This document shows positions 8,703 through 19,123 of a DNA stretch of 64,000 nt, one piece after another. Numbering within the stretch: the stretch's first letter is position 1; each line of letters opens with the position of its first letter. Source of the DNA: Candidatus Undinarchaeota archaeon (GTDB lineage Archaea; SpSt-1190; JASMDC01); contig CAZFHY010000004.1 in NCBI GenBank assembly GCA_964519305.1, forward strand, positions 32,001 to 96,000, in the 5' to 3' direction. The notes beneath the pieces are model-generated. The model had not been told where the DNA came from, searched no databases, and was given only the letters and a program-made list of their open reading frames with translations. Position numbers and translations under genes: made by a program.

Positions 8703-9754
8703 CCGGGAGTAACCTTTTATCGTTACATGCTCTCACGTCCTCTGTGAAAGGCAGCCTCCGTCCGAGGGTAGTCGATCCGGCCCCTCTGGGTAATCTGCAG
8801 AAGTTCGGTTTCTCTTCCCAAGAGTGCCTGATGTACTATGTCCTACTGAGAGAAGGGGTCCCATTGACCGTCAAGGAGATCCTTGACTTCTCCTCCCGGG
8901 ACGACATCTCGTTCTCGACGAAGAAGGTCTACTCGGTCCTGAACTCGCTCGTCGAGAAAGGGGTCGCTTCAAAGACGGTCGACCATCCTACCCGGTACTT
9001 CGCCACGAACCCCTCCTCGCTCGCACCCATCCTCCACCAGGAGATCCAATCGCTCCAGCTGGAAGCGGAAGGTGTGGAGAAGCAGGTCCAGGACATCTAT
9101 CAGCTGAAGAGCTCCTTCACCAAATCGTTCGTGTACTCCATCAGGGAGGAGCACCAGATCTGGGACTTCCTAGCATCCGCGATCCGGGACGCTAAACCCT
9201 CACGTAGATCGAGGATCATCTCCATCTGTACGATCCCCGCCCTTTGCTCGGACCTCTCGAGGAGGTACCTCGAAGGGGATGAGATCGGCACGACCGGTTT
9301 CGCGAGCTATGTCAGGGCCATCATCGACACGCTCAGGGACAGGAAACTGTTCGTCCACTACATCGTCGACATCGACCGTATGGCACGGGAGCCGGAGCTC
9401 TTCGGCGGTCCGGAGAACATCGCAAGATATCTCGATAACCTCGAACATGCTATAGACCTGTTGAAGCCCCGCGTCAAGGTCGCGTTCGGCACCAAGGTGG
9501 CCGGACACGTTGCAGAGGTCCACCTCACGGACAAGATAGCCTCGTTCTTGTACACCGACCCATCAACGAACGAGATCCTATCTAAGGACTTCGGGCACAG
9601 GGCCGATCCGGAATCCGGAGCGAACATGCTGTTCGTCATCAGGAGCGAAAGGGTCGCCCAGTCCCTCCACGAGTACTATTTCGACACACTGTTCCTCAGT
9701 CTGGACAACGATATCAAGGAAGAGATCATAAGGGTGCGGGCCCTGCTGAAGTGA
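8699..9754 (+). CDS. TrmB-family transcriptional regulator
   Basis: LQKFGFSSQECLMYYVLL...KVYSVLNSLVEKG...PTRYFATNP wHTH, then a coiled coil and a C-terminal effector-like domain. Confidence 0.8.
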   Translation: MTGSNLLSLHALTSSVKGSLRPRVVDPAPLGNLQKFGFSSQECLMYYVLLREGVPLTVKEILDFSSRDDISFSTKKVYSVLNSLVEKGVASKTVDHPTRYFATNPSSLAPILHQEIQSLQLEAEGVEKQVQDIYQLKSSFTKSFVYSIREEHQIWDFLASAIRDAKPSRRSRIISICTIPALCSDLSRRYLEGDEIGTTGFASYVRAIIDTLRDRKLFVHYIVDIDRMAREPELFGGPENIARYLDNLEHAIDLLKPRVKVAFGTKVAGHVAEVHLTDKIASFLYTDPSTNEILSKDFGHRADPESGANMLFVIRSERVAQSLHEYYFDTLFLSLDNDIKEEIIRVRALLK

Positions 9755-9862
9755 CCTTTTCCTGTCGAGACGGCTCACACGCATATGCCATCAGGGAGGT
9801 GCGGGCACCCGCCCCTGAAACCTTTTTATTTCGATGGGTCTAGGGCTCAGTCGGCAAGCGTC

Positions 9863-10240
9863 ATGCTGGAGAAGGACGACCGACCGCAGATAGAGAAGGA
9901 CCGTGGTACGGGTGATTCGCCCTTGGACATGGACATCAACCAGCTCATCGAATGTCAGGCCCGGATGTCGACAATCCTCGATCTGGTCAACGCCTATACG
10001 TCCTTTATCCATCTGGCCCCGTGCAAGAAGCCCTATGAGGCCTTCCGCAAGCTGGGGCACGTTGACCTGACCGATACATCGGACCTCCGCGCGCCCGTTC
10101 CCGTCGACCACCTCGGACGGGTCGAGGAGGGCGACGTCATCATCGTGAGCGTGAAAGGGCACTTCCATACCCTGGCGTCCGTGGACCGTTTCGAGGCGGG
10201 TGATGCACTGCTATGTGCGCTCTCCCCCCTGCACAGGTGA
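9863..10240 (+). CDS. Hypothetical protein
   Basis: ORF with TTTTTAT box upstream; no recognised motif. Confidence 0.5.
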   Translation: MLEKDDRPQIEKDRGTGDSPLDMDINQLIECQARMSTILDLVNAYTSFIHLAPCKKPYEAFRKLGHVDLTDTSDLRAPVPVDHLGRVEEGDVIIVSVKGHFHTLASVDRFEAGDALLCALSPLHR

Positions 10241-10328
10241 CGGCTCGCGCCCACCCAAGACATTTTTATATGAGTGCCGCAGTGGCACGGTCTGTAAATG
10301 CCCAAGGGGTATAATCTGGTGAGAACAA

Positions 10329-11651
10329 ATGATACGGGAGCTTGTCGATGTCGTAGAAGGACATGAACAGTGGCGGGGCGAGGAGACGATCAATCTCATC
10401 GCCAGTGAGGGCTGCCCCTCGCCGGCCGTCCACGAGATGTACGACCAAAGCCATGACCTCTGGCACAGGTACGCTGAGGGAATGAACGACCTTGATGGGT
10501 TCCCCACCATGCGGTTCTATCAGGGTCAGCGGTTCATAGGCCCGATCGAGCGCCTGGCCGCACAGGCCATGAAGGACGTCCTGGGCGCCAGCTTCATCGA
10601 TGTCCGCCCTATCTCGGGATGTATCGCGAACATGTGCGCCTTTCGTGGTCTGTCCCGTGTAACGGGCAACCTGCGAATGGTAGTGGCGCCCGTCAACTAC
10701 GGCGCGCACATCAGTCACGACCGCCACGGGCTCGCAGGTCATGTTCTCGGCCTGGAGACAGTGGACCACGCGTTCAACGTCGAGGAGATGAACATCGATC
10801 CCGACGAATCGGCGAAGATCATCCGGAAGGTCAAGCCGGGCATCGTAACCTTCGGAGGGAGCCTGTTCCAGTTCCCCCACCCCGTACGGGAGCTTGCGGA
10901 CGTGGTCCGAGAGGTCGGCGGGTTCGTTATGTACGATGCAGCACACGTGCTCGGCCTCATAGCGGGTGGCCAGTTCCAGGACCCGCTAAGAGAGGGCGCC
11001 GACTTCATGACAGCCTCCACGCACAAGACATTCCCCGGCCCCCAGGGCGCGGTCATCACGGCCAACGTTGATCCTGATGACGAGCGCATGCGTAAGGCGG
11101 CCAGGAAGGTCCAGCACAGCGTCTTCCCCCTCTCTGTCTCAAACCACCATATCAGGCGACTTCCCGCGCTCACCCTCGCGGCATTGGAGATGCGCGAGTT
11201 CGGCAAGGCATTCGCTGCCCAGACGGTGCGAAATGCACAGCGTGCAGGGGAGTACCTCTACGAGAACGGGATCAAGGTGCTCGGGGAGGCCAAGGGTTTC
11301 ACGCTCTCCCATCAGATCGCCGTCGACGTGCAGAAGTATGGTGGTGGGAAGGCCATGGCCGAGGCCATGGAACAGGCCAACATCATCCTCAATATGAACA
11401 TGCTCCCGTACGACGATCCGAAGGCGGTGTTCGATCCCTCAGGACTGCGCATTGGTTTCCAGGAGGTCACTAAGCGCGGCTTCAAGGAGGGGGATATCGA
11501 GGAACTGTGCGACCTCATCATGGACGTCCTCCTAGCTCGTAGAAAGCCTAAGGATATTGCATTGAGCGTCACCGCTCTCCGTGCCCGGTTCCCCGACATC
11601 CACTACGGATTCGGCTCGGTGGACGAGGCGTTGGAGCGTCTGGAACAGTAG
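10329..11651 (+). CDS. glyA: Serine hydroxymethyltransferase (archaeal type)
   Basis: INLIASE, RYAEG, YDAAHVLGLIAGG, PLP lysine motif STHKTFPGPQG, SGLRIG. Confidence 0.96.
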   Translation: MIRELVDVVEGHEQWRGEETINLIASEGCPSPAVHEMYDQSHDLWHRYAEGMNDLDGFPTMRFYQGQRFIGPIERLAAQAMKDVLGASFIDVRPISGCIANMCAFRGLSRVTGNLRMVVAPVNYGAHISHDRHGLAGHVLGLETVDHAFNVEEMNIDPDESAKIIRKVKPGIVTFGGSLFQFPHPVRELADVVREVGGFVMYDAAHVLGLIAGGQFQDPLREGADFMTASTHKTFPGPQGAVITANVDPDDERMRKAARKVQHSVFPLSVSNHHIRRLPALTLAALEMREFGKAFAAQTVRNAQRAGEYLYENGIKVLGEAKGFTLSHQIAVDVQKYGGGKAMAEAMEQANIILNMNMLPYDDPKAVFDPSGLRIGFQEVTKRGFKEGDIEELCDLIMDVLLARRKPKDIALSVTALRARFPDIHYGFGSVDEALERLEQ

Positions 11652-11698
11652 CGGCGGCATCCGAAACCAATTTAACCTTTGGAAGTGGCCTGTGCGAT

Positions 11699-14461
11699 GT
11701 GGCGGTAAGCAGAGCTCTAGCGCTGGTTGTGCTCCTTCTCGTCTGTGCTACAGCCGATGTCGTCGAGGTCACCCAGGTCGTGGAGGATACCGATTTATCC
11801 TCGCTCACAGAAGCTCTGACGACCGTATCGGTCTCGCTCCCGTCCGATTATGTGAGCACGAAGGTGACCGATACCGATCTTGAGGCCATCTGTGAGACCC
11901 ACTTCCCGCAGGCAACAAGTTGCTCGGCGAAACGCACCGCGACAGGCTCCGAGTCAGGGGTCGTGACCTCCATCACCGAGCGACCCATCCTGCTCCTCGA
12001 CGGGTTCGAGCGGGATGGTATGTCCGCCCGCGTCACTCTGAACCTTGCATACGTGCCACGACAGTTCCCCATTACGGGGGGCTATGATGTCAAGGAACGG
12101 CTCGTGAACCTTCGCCTCCCGACACATCGCACCGTGCTCCGCGACGTTGACAACATGCGTTTCAACATCACGTTCTCCCTCACATGGCAGGGCGACGAGC
12201 TCGACCTGAGCTTCCCTGCCCCGGACATCACCGCTGGTGACCGCATCGCGATCCCGGCCCCTGGCGGGGGTCTGTGCGGCGCAGCGCTACTGGGCCCGGA
12301 CGGCGCCCTCCTCGCCAAGACACTCTCTTTCGGATGTGAGCGGTTCGGTATTGGGACCAGCGGTGACACTGCCGCGGGCACCCATGACCTTTATGTCGTC
12401 TCGATCACCGGTCGCACGGTCAAGCTTGCACGACGGTCCGTTAAGGTCAAGGCGTCCGCCCTCCCCTTCACAGCATCCTCCGACAGACAGGTCGTATATC
12501 TCGGTTCAGCCTTCACGGTCGGTACTTCCTCTGCCCAGGAGCTCGAGGCCTGTGATATCAGGATCAGGGACCCTCAAGGGGCCGTGGTCGAAGCCGTGCA
12601 CGTTGAATCGTGCAAGGACGTGGTCATCGGCACGGCCACGGCCTGGGCACCCGGTACGTACACCGTCGAAGTACGTGCCCAAGGGGACGACCAGACGGGA
12701 TCCTCAACATTCTCGGTGGAATTCCGCGGTGTGGGGTACACCGCGGCGGCGACCAAGACCGATAAGGACAGCTATACGGCAGGCGAGACCATCGCGGCCC
12801 ATACAGAGGCCGACGGTGACCTGTGCAAGCTCGAGCTCGTTGACAGCGAGCACGTTCGCGTTTCCGAGCAAGAGGTCCCGGGCTGTACGACCTGTCAACT
12901 CCCTATCGATGAGGGTGTCCCCTCTGGGGACTATGTGCTCAAGACCATGGTCTACAAGGGCGGTAAGCTCAAGGCCGTTGCTTCTACCGGCATCGAGATC
13001 AAGGAATGGCGTCCGGCCATCGCCACGGCCATGTCGGACCTGTGCCTTGGCGGTTCGTTCCCTGTGGGACGATATAAGCTGCCATGCATCCCCGTGGGCG
13101 CTTCGTGCCTCCCGTCATCTCATGCAGCTCCCCTATGCCTCTGTTTCTCAGAGGAGAAGGCCGTCGACGTATGCGCTTTCAACGCGCTGTGCACGTCGGA
13201 CGGATGTCGTGAGCCTGAGCTGGTCAGATCTCCCTTCATCATCGTGTATGAACGGGGCCAGTGCCTGGCGAAGCAGGGTATCCAGACCCTGTCCTGCATC
13301 GAGGTGAGCGAGATATGCAACGGTAATTGCGTATGTCTGGATGAGAACAGGAATGCAGTATCATCCTGTATCACCGGGGACGTATGCACGCCCGGAGGCT
13401 GCCAGCCCCTCGTTCTTGAGTTCGAGCTAGATGGGCTTTCCACCGAGCACGCCCGCAGTGATGCCATCGATCGCGGGACCGAGCTTGCCTGGACCGGTCA
13501 CCTCCGTTTCAAGGGGAAGATGCTCGACGGCTCGAAGACCAACCAAGTAAAAGTGAGCGGTAGGCTCGGTGGGCTTGCATCCACGGACGAACGGGTCCAG
13601 TACATCTCCCCCGCTCAAGGCTGGCGTATCTCCATGCGCTTCAGGGGTGAACTTGATCCGGGGCTCACCGACGCGTTCCTTCTGGTCGAGTTCGGCGGGG
13701 ACACCCATATCATCCGCAGACCGTTCGAGGTCTGGTTCCCCGAGGAACTTGCTGAGCTGGACATCTCGTTCAAGACCACGTCGCCGAACAAGGTCAGCCT
13801 GCAGCGTCTCGAGTTCGGCACCTCGGTCAAGACCGTGACCACCATCACGGACAAGAAGGGCACCGACATCACCTTCCTGCCCCGGGACGCCGTCAAGCTG
13901 GCAATAGGCAACCTCGACGCGATGGCCGTCACTCCCGCTTACGATCCGCTCACAGGCTGGTGGGACGTGGTCGGTACCTTCCGCTCGGCCACCAGGCCGA
14001 AGGGTAACTTCATCACCCTATCAGTGAACTATCTTGGTAGGAAGGGAAGCGCATGGGAGGGGTTCATGGTGCTCGACCAGACACCGCTCGCGGTGAAGGT
14101 CACCAAAGTGGAACCGGGAACGCTCGAAAATCCTCTCTTCGTGCTACTGGCAACGCTCGGATTCGACATGGACGTATACCTTCAGCTCGAGTCGCCCGTA
14201 CAGCTCGACAAGGGAAGCTTCAAGGTCAGCATAGGCTCCTATGATGTATCTCCGGACATCACCTATGTGACCACGACTGCCGCCGGCACCCGCATCCATC
14301 TCTCCGACATACGTCTCTGCCCGGACCCTCCGGCCCCAGGCTCCCGGCTCAGGGTCACCATCGGGGTGGAGGCGGGCGATGAGTACAGCGAGGACTCTAC
14401 GTTCATCCAGGTCCAGGGCAATCCAGGTAACTGGAAGAACACTCAGGAGGCGTCGTGCTGA
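11699..14461 (+). CDS. 920-aa secreted protein with Ig-like beta domains and two Cys-rich modules
   Basis: Signal ALALVVLLLVCATA; PGTYTVEV and TDKDSYTAGE Ig/MG2-like strands; duplicated CxC...C....C...GC module. Confidence 0.8.
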   Translation: MAVSRALALVVLLLVCATADVVEVTQVVEDTDLSSLTEALTTVSVSLPSDYVSTKVTDTDLEAICETHFPQATSCSAKRTATGSESGVVTSITERPILLLDGFERDGMSARVTLNLAYVPRQFPITGGYDVKERLVNLRLPTHRTVLRDVDNMRFNITFSLTWQGDELDLSFPAPDITAGDRIAIPAPGGGLCGAALLGPDGALLAKTLSFGCERFGIGTSGDTAAGTHDLYVVSITGRTVKLARRSVKVKASALPFTASSDRQVVYLGSAFTVGTSSAQELEACDIRIRDPQGAVVEAVHVESCKDVVIGTATAWAPGTYTVEVRAQGDDQTGSSTFSVEFRGVGYTAAATKTDKDSYTAGETIAAHTEADGDLCKLELVDSEHVRVSEQEVPGCTTCQLPIDEGVPSGDYVLKTMVYKGGKLKAVASTGIEIKEWRPAIATAMSDLCLGGSFPVGRYKLPCIPVGASCLPSSHAAPLCLCFSEEKAVDVCAFNALCTSDGCREPELVRSPFIIVYERGQCLAKQGIQTLSCIEVSEICNGNCVCLDENRNAVSSCITGDVCTPGGCQPLVLEFELDGLSTEHARSDAIDRGTELAWTGHLRFKGKMLDGSKTNQVKVSGRLGGLASTDERVQYISPAQGWRISMRFRGELDPGLTDAFLLVEFGGDTHIIRRPFEVWFPEELAELDISFKTTSPNKVSLQRLEFGTSVKTVTTITDKKGTDITFLPRDAVKLAIGNLDAMAVTPAYDPLTGWWDVVGTFRSATRPKGNFITLSVNYLGRKGSAWEGFMVLDQTPLAVKVTKVEPGTLENPLFVLLATLGFDMDVYLQLESPVQLDKGSFKVSIGSYDVSPDITYVTTTAAGTRIHLSDIRLCPDPPAPGSRLRVTIGVEAGDEYSEDSTFIQVQGNPGNWKNTQEASC

Positions 14462-16263
14462 TGCGATGTCGTGTACTGACCACCGGAAGGGGCCAGATAT
14501 CGATGATCGGGCTCGTCGCCGTGGCCATCGCAATAATCGTCATTGTGTTCTCCATGCTCAAGGGACGAGAGGTCGAGCACCGGATCGCTATCAAGGAGAC
14601 CGATGCGATCTCTCTAAAAGAGACAATGGAGAACCTTCATACCGCTGTGGAGGCCCGACTTCGGACGTCGGTGTACGACGCGGTCTGGGACATGGCCACA
14701 CATGGCGGTTACTCGCCAGGGAACGTTCCTGCGCTGAACCATGTCTCTGTACCCTACTGGTTCTACCGGGGCCGCGTGGTCAACATCCCTACTGTCGAGG
14801 TCATGGAGGAGATGCTCGCCCGGGACATAGAGCGACGTATGCTCAACGCCCTGGAGAACCACCGTTCCAAGCCCGGTGTGGACATCGGGATGCCGCGCGC
14901 CACCGCAGACCTCACCGATAATGATGTCAAGGTCACCATGGCGCTCGCGGTGAAGGCCGTCGGGGCCGATGGGTCCGACGCAACGAGCGACGAGGAGTTC
15001 CAGATCGTGCTCCCCCTTCGCCTCAAGACGCTCCGCGACCAGGCCGAGGTATACGTGGAGGAGTACAAGGGGATACGGATGGTGGAGAAGGCATTGCTCA
15101 CTTCGCTCATCCAGGACTATCGCATCCCCACACCGCCCGGTGGCGAGGCCGCCAAGAACATCGATTGCGACAATCCTCCCTCAAAGCATAGGAACGAGCT
15201 CATCTACCCCTTCCGCGAGAACGCGAAGCTAGCTGTTGCTCGCGAGCTCCGCCGCGTCAGGGCCAAGAAGGCCGCGAACATCCACTGGAACGCAGCGCTC
15301 AACGACCGCGACGTGAACTTCACCCTCCTCGCCAACGAGGGGCGGGAGGAGTACGAGAGCACCAAGGAGGTGCGTTATATCCCGCGGCCCCTACTCCCGT
15401 TCTCAGTGGAGAAGAATACCTGCTCATCGTTCTATTTCGTGCGCTACAACGTCACCTTCCCCGTGCTGGTCTCGGTCACGGACCTCGCTCCCACATCCCA
15501 TGTGGTGAGCCAGGAGTCGCGACCTTTATCCTTCGGATTCCAGGTAGGGATATTCCTCGAGGGGGACGAGCCCACGGCCGAGCTCCCGGAGGCCGAGGTG
15601 GGTGCGCCGGCAAAGGTCGAAGGACTATGTCAGGGCTCGTGCTCTGTGGACCTTTCGATCAAGGGATCGAGCTCGGGATTGGTCTGCATCGGGTCCTGTT
15701 GCGAACAGTACGATGGGGGATCATTCTCCAAGGACCAGGTACAGTGCAAGGTCCATGACCTTGTGGTCACCCCTGACGAACCGGGTCTGGCACGATGGTC
15801 CGAGAAAGTGAACATCGGGCGCTCGTTCTCGAAGGACGTAGAGATTGTGATGTTCTCCTCCATCGAAGGTACTGTGTCCGAGCAGGACCGCGTGCTATGC
15901 GAGGGCTCTGAACGAGTGAAAGAAAGGGATCTTTTACCTCTTGGTTTCATTGACGGGAACCCGCCACGCTTCGTTGAGCTCTTCTTCGCCCCCCTGGACC
16001 GCAACCTGGGTGAGGTGCGACACGCCACCACCGACGAGCACGGTCGCTACGAGGTATCTGCTATCAATCCTGGTCGCTACGTCGTGCTTGCCGTCCCATC
16101 GGCCGACGCAGAGCATATCCCGGGATACAAGGTGGAGGCTAATGCCACCATCCTCGAGGTGAAGACAGGAAAGAACACCCACCCGGTCGTACTGGAGCCG
16201 CTCGGTGTCGAGAAGGTGGGCGAACGCTTCGTCAGGGTGTCCGGACGGGAGCCCTGCTCCTAA
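14455..16263 (+). CDS. Large protein with class III (prepilin-like) signal peptide and C-terminal carboxypeptidase-regulatory-like domain
   Basis: RG|QISMIGLVAVAIAIIVIVF; C-terminal ATTDEHGRYEVSAINPGRYVVLA; overlaps the upstream stop codon. Confidence 0.75.
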   Translation: MLMRCRVLTTGRGQISMIGLVAVAIAIIVIVFSMLKGREVEHRIAIKETDAISLKETMENLHTAVEARLRTSVYDAVWDMATHGGYSPGNVPALNHVSVPYWFYRGRVVNIPTVEVMEEMLARDIERRMLNALENHRSKPGVDIGMPRATADLTDNDVKVTMALAVKAVGADGSDATSDEEFQIVLPLRLKTLRDQAEVYVEEYKGIRMVEKALLTSLIQDYRIPTPPGGEAAKNIDCDNPPSKHRNELIYPFRENAKLAVARELRRVRAKKAANIHWNAALNDRDVNFTLLANEGREEYESTKEVRYIPRPLLPFSVEKNTCSSFYFVRYNVTFPVLVSVTDLAPTSHVVSQESRPLSFGFQVGIFLEGDEPTAELPEAEVGAPAKVEGLCQGSCSVDLSIKGSSSGLVCIGSCCEQYDGGSFSKDQVQCKVHDLVVTPDEPGLARWSEKVNIGRSFSKDVEIVMFSSIEGTVSEQDRVLCEGSERVKERDLLPLGFIDGNPPRFVELFFAPLDRNLGEVRHATTDEHGRYEVSAINPGRYVVLAVPSADAEHIPGYKVEANATILEVKTGKNTHPVVLEPLGVEKVGERFVRVSGREPCS

Positions 16264-16266
16264 GTC

Positions 16267-18012
16267 TTACGCCGAGGGACGGATCCGGTAGACCGTCACT
16301 TTCTCGAGCCAGTGAGCTACACCCCGGGGGGTCGCAAGACCGCTCTGCACGGGCTCGAGCGTGAGGTCCGGATCTTCAAGGATGAGCCGACATTTCTCAT
16401 CAGTGCACGCCCTCGTCTCGTAGTAGTACATACACTCGCCCGCCATCACTCGGGGCTTCACTCTCTCCGCCCATTGCAGGTAGAGCACAGGCACGTTCCA
16501 AAGGTAGGTCACCGCGAATGGTCGCTCGGTCACCACCGTGCATTCACCTACGCGGTCGCTCATGAGCCTGGCCACCTCCCCCTCGAACGCTATGGCCTCG
16601 CGGACTTGTGCGTTGACGCCCACGGTTCTGATTCCGGCGATACCTGGTCGGGGGAGCATCACGGCAGCATACACGAGGACGACGATGGCAAGGGCCCGAA
16701 CCCACCGGTCGCTCGATAGGAATCCCAAGCCCGCCATTGCCAGGGGGATGAGGACAATATGGATGGTCCTGAGCGCTGTCCGGTACCCGTCGGCAATATC
16801 CTCCTGACCGAATCCGGGTGAGTAGGCATAGGGGATGTAGGCGAGGAGAGAGAGCACCAAGATCCCGGGAACGAGCCACCGTCGGTCAGGATCGAGACCG
16901 CGGGCGAGATGACGGGCCCCTAATACCGCGAGGACCACGAAGGGTACGGTCACGTTGATGGTGTATCGCGGATCGTAGGGGAACGAATGTAGGAGGTAGA
17001 TCGCCAGCCTGCCAGTGAACCATAGACCTATGGTCAGGGCCACCCTATGACGGGGAGCGACCAGCGCCAAGAGCACCAGTGCAGGGATCAGGAGAGGTAT
17101 GTACCAGGCGTTGATCCAGATGGCCAGGTAGCCTGCGTTCCCGGTGATGAAGCTGGGAGAGAAGTGGCGTGCCAATCCGCGCCCATCGGGGTACCACATC
17201 CCGCTCAACTCATAGGTTGTGAGATGTGATGGAAGGGCCGCGATGTGGGGGATCACGAGGGCGAGGCCCACGACCAAGGCCATCACAGGAATAGGCGGGC
17301 GGCGGCGGCGGGCGAGAACGAGGGCGGCCATGACGAGGATGATGACCGGGTTCTCGGGGCGCATCTGAACGTACACGGCGGTGGACGCGGCCCAGAGGAG
17401 AGCGGTCCACCGATCCCCGCGTCGCATCCAGGCCAGGCACGCCCAGAGGGCCAGAAGCTCCACTGCGACCGAGGGGACCTCGTTGCGCACCATGAGTGAG
17501 TATGTAACATTGAGGGGCATCAGCGCCACGAGCAGTGCAGCGAGCACCGCAGGTCCCTCGCGGCGGAGGAGAGCATGTACGAACAGGAACGCGAGGGGGA
17601 CAGAGGCCACGGACGTTGCCACGGTGACCGCAAGTGCTGCTGGATCCGATATACCAAAGAGGAAGAAGGACAGCGCGATGAGGAAGGGATATCCGGCGGT
17701 GTAGAATGGGAAGTTCTCGCGACATGAGCCCGGCATCCCGTCCAGGCAGTAGCCGGTCCTGTGGTCAAGAAGGATACCGCGCCCCTGCTCCATGTTCGTC
17801 CAACCCACCATCCAGGGGGGAGCTATGGCGGGCGCGAGCACACGGACCGCCAGAGCGAGGATGGTGAACACGATCACGGTGCGCCAGGCGCTCAGGGACA
17901 CATCGGAGTGGAGCCGACGCAGCCGGTGGCGTGCACCGGCGAGGGCAAGGCATACCAAACCCCATCCTAGCGAGAGTGCTACCGTCTGTGACCACAGGAT
18001 GTCCATAACCAA
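16267..18012 (-). CDS. GT-C (PMT/ArnT-like, family 39) membrane glycosyltransferase
   Basis: Many TM helices; GYPFLIALSFFLFG, AALLVALMPL...SLMVRNE, RPEN and PRY motifs. Confidence 0.8.
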   Translation of the reverse strand: MVMDILWSQTVALSLGWGLVCLALAGARHRLRRLHSDVSLSAWRTVIVFTILALAVRVLAPAIAPPWMVGWTNMEQGRGILLDHRTGYCLDGMPGSCRENFPFYTAGYPFLIALSFFLFGISDPAALAVTVATSVASVPLAFLFVHALLRREGPAVLAALLVALMPLNVTYSLMVRNEVPSVAVELLALWACLAWMRRGDRWTALLWAASTAVYVQMRPENPVIILVMAALVLARRRRPPIPVMALVVGLALVIPHIAALPSHLTTYELSGMWYPDGRGLARHFSPSFITGNAGYLAIWINAWYIPLLIPALVLLALVAPRHRVALTIGLWFTGRLAIYLLHSFPYDPRYTINVTVPFVVLAVLGARHLARGLDPDRRWLVPGILVLSLLAYIPYAYSPGFGQEDIADGYRTALRTIHIVLIPLAMAGLGFLSSDRWVRALAIVVLVYAAVMLPRPGIAGIRTVGVNAQVREAIAFEGEVARLMSDRVGECTVVTERPFAVTYLWNVPVLYLQWAERVKPRVMAGECMYYYETRACTDEKCRLILEDPDLTLEPVQSGLATPRGVAHWLEKVTVYRIRPSA

Positions 18013-18072
18013 CTAAGCATAAGAGGACACGCGCAAGCTTAAATGGTTTGGCGGGAAGTGCAATAGGGTCCC

Positions 18073-19089
18073 ATGTCCACAATCTCCGTCGTCATCCCTG
18101 TCTACAACGGGGCCGCCACCCTCGGTGCCTGCCTCAAGGCACTGATCGGATCTGATATCGGCGACGACGTACTGGAGATTATCGTCGTGGACGACGGCTC
18201 GACCGATGGCTCGGCCGATCTGGCCGAAGGCCTTGGAGTACGTGTCGTACGACTGGATCGTAACAGTGGACCTGCGACCGCACGGAACCACGGCGCTATC
18301 GAGTCCTCGGGCGATGTTGTGGTGTTCGTGGACACCGACATGCAGGTCAAACAAGGGACCATCGCAGCCCTTGCCGAGCGCGTGAAGGATCAGTCCATCG
18401 GGGCAGTGTTCTGTCCGTACGATCCCATGACCGAGTACGACAGCCGGTTCGCCACCTTCGTCAACCTACTCTATTGCTACTGGTTCTCTAACCATCCTGT
18501 CGACTCGAACGTGCTCGTCGGATCGGTCATGGCCATGCGGCGGGAGGTGTTCGAGTCGAACCGTTTCGACGAGTGCTTCGATCGAGCCTCGGTCGAGGAC
18601 ATCGAGCTCGGATGGGCCCTTCTCTCCCGGGGATTACGGATCGTGCTCGCAAAGGATCTCCCCGTTAGCAATATCGATGAAGTGGCCCCTATGAAGTTCT
18701 GGCGGAGCCGGTACCATATCGACAGGTGCTGGATAAAGGCGTACCTCCGCCATCTTTCTGAGCAGGGAAACTCATTCCGGCCCTTCAATGCATTCTACCA
18801 CCCTGTGAACGTTGTGCTGCTCACGTGCTTCCTGCTCTTGATTGTCATCAGCGTTACAGGCGTCATCCCTACCCGGATCCTTGCTATCGTAGGCCCCGTC
18901 ATCGTCATCTGGAACCTCCCATTTCTCGCGTTCGCCTTACGTTATACAGAACCCCAAATCGCGGTACTGTCATTACTGCACGCGTTATCGTTCCCGCTCA
19001 TCCACGTCTCAGGCCTGACGGTCGGAATCCTACAATGGATCGCTGGTGACCGGATCCCCTGCGAACGGGATGCCGCTCCGGCAGAGTAG
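18073..19089 (+). CDS. GT2 family glycosyltransferase with C-terminal TM helices
   Basis: ISVVIPVYN, IIVVDDGSTDGS, GPATARNHG, FVDTD, EDIELG. Confidence 0.92.
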   Translation: MSTISVVIPVYNGAATLGACLKALIGSDIGDDVLEIIVVDDGSTDGSADLAEGLGVRVVRLDRNSGPATARNHGAIESSGDVVVFVDTDMQVKQGTIAALAERVKDQSIGAVFCPYDPMTEYDSRFATFVNLLYCYWFSNHPVDSNVLVGSVMAMRREVFESNRFDECFDRASVEDIELGWALLSRGLRIVLAKDLPVSNIDEVAPMKFWRSRYHIDRCWIKAYLRHLSEQGNSFRPFNAFYHPVNVVLLTCFLLLIVISVTGVIPTRILAIVGPVIVIWNLPFLAFALRYTEPQIAVLSLLHALSFPLIHVSGLTVGILQWIAGDRIPCERDAAPAE

Positions 19090-19123
19090 TTTTTTAAGCT
19101 ATCCCCGACCGATGACATCTCCC

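Noticed and set aside
19046-19123. N-terminal extension of GlmS in the ORF track
   Set aside because: GlmS needs Cys at position 2; the true start is ATG 19124.
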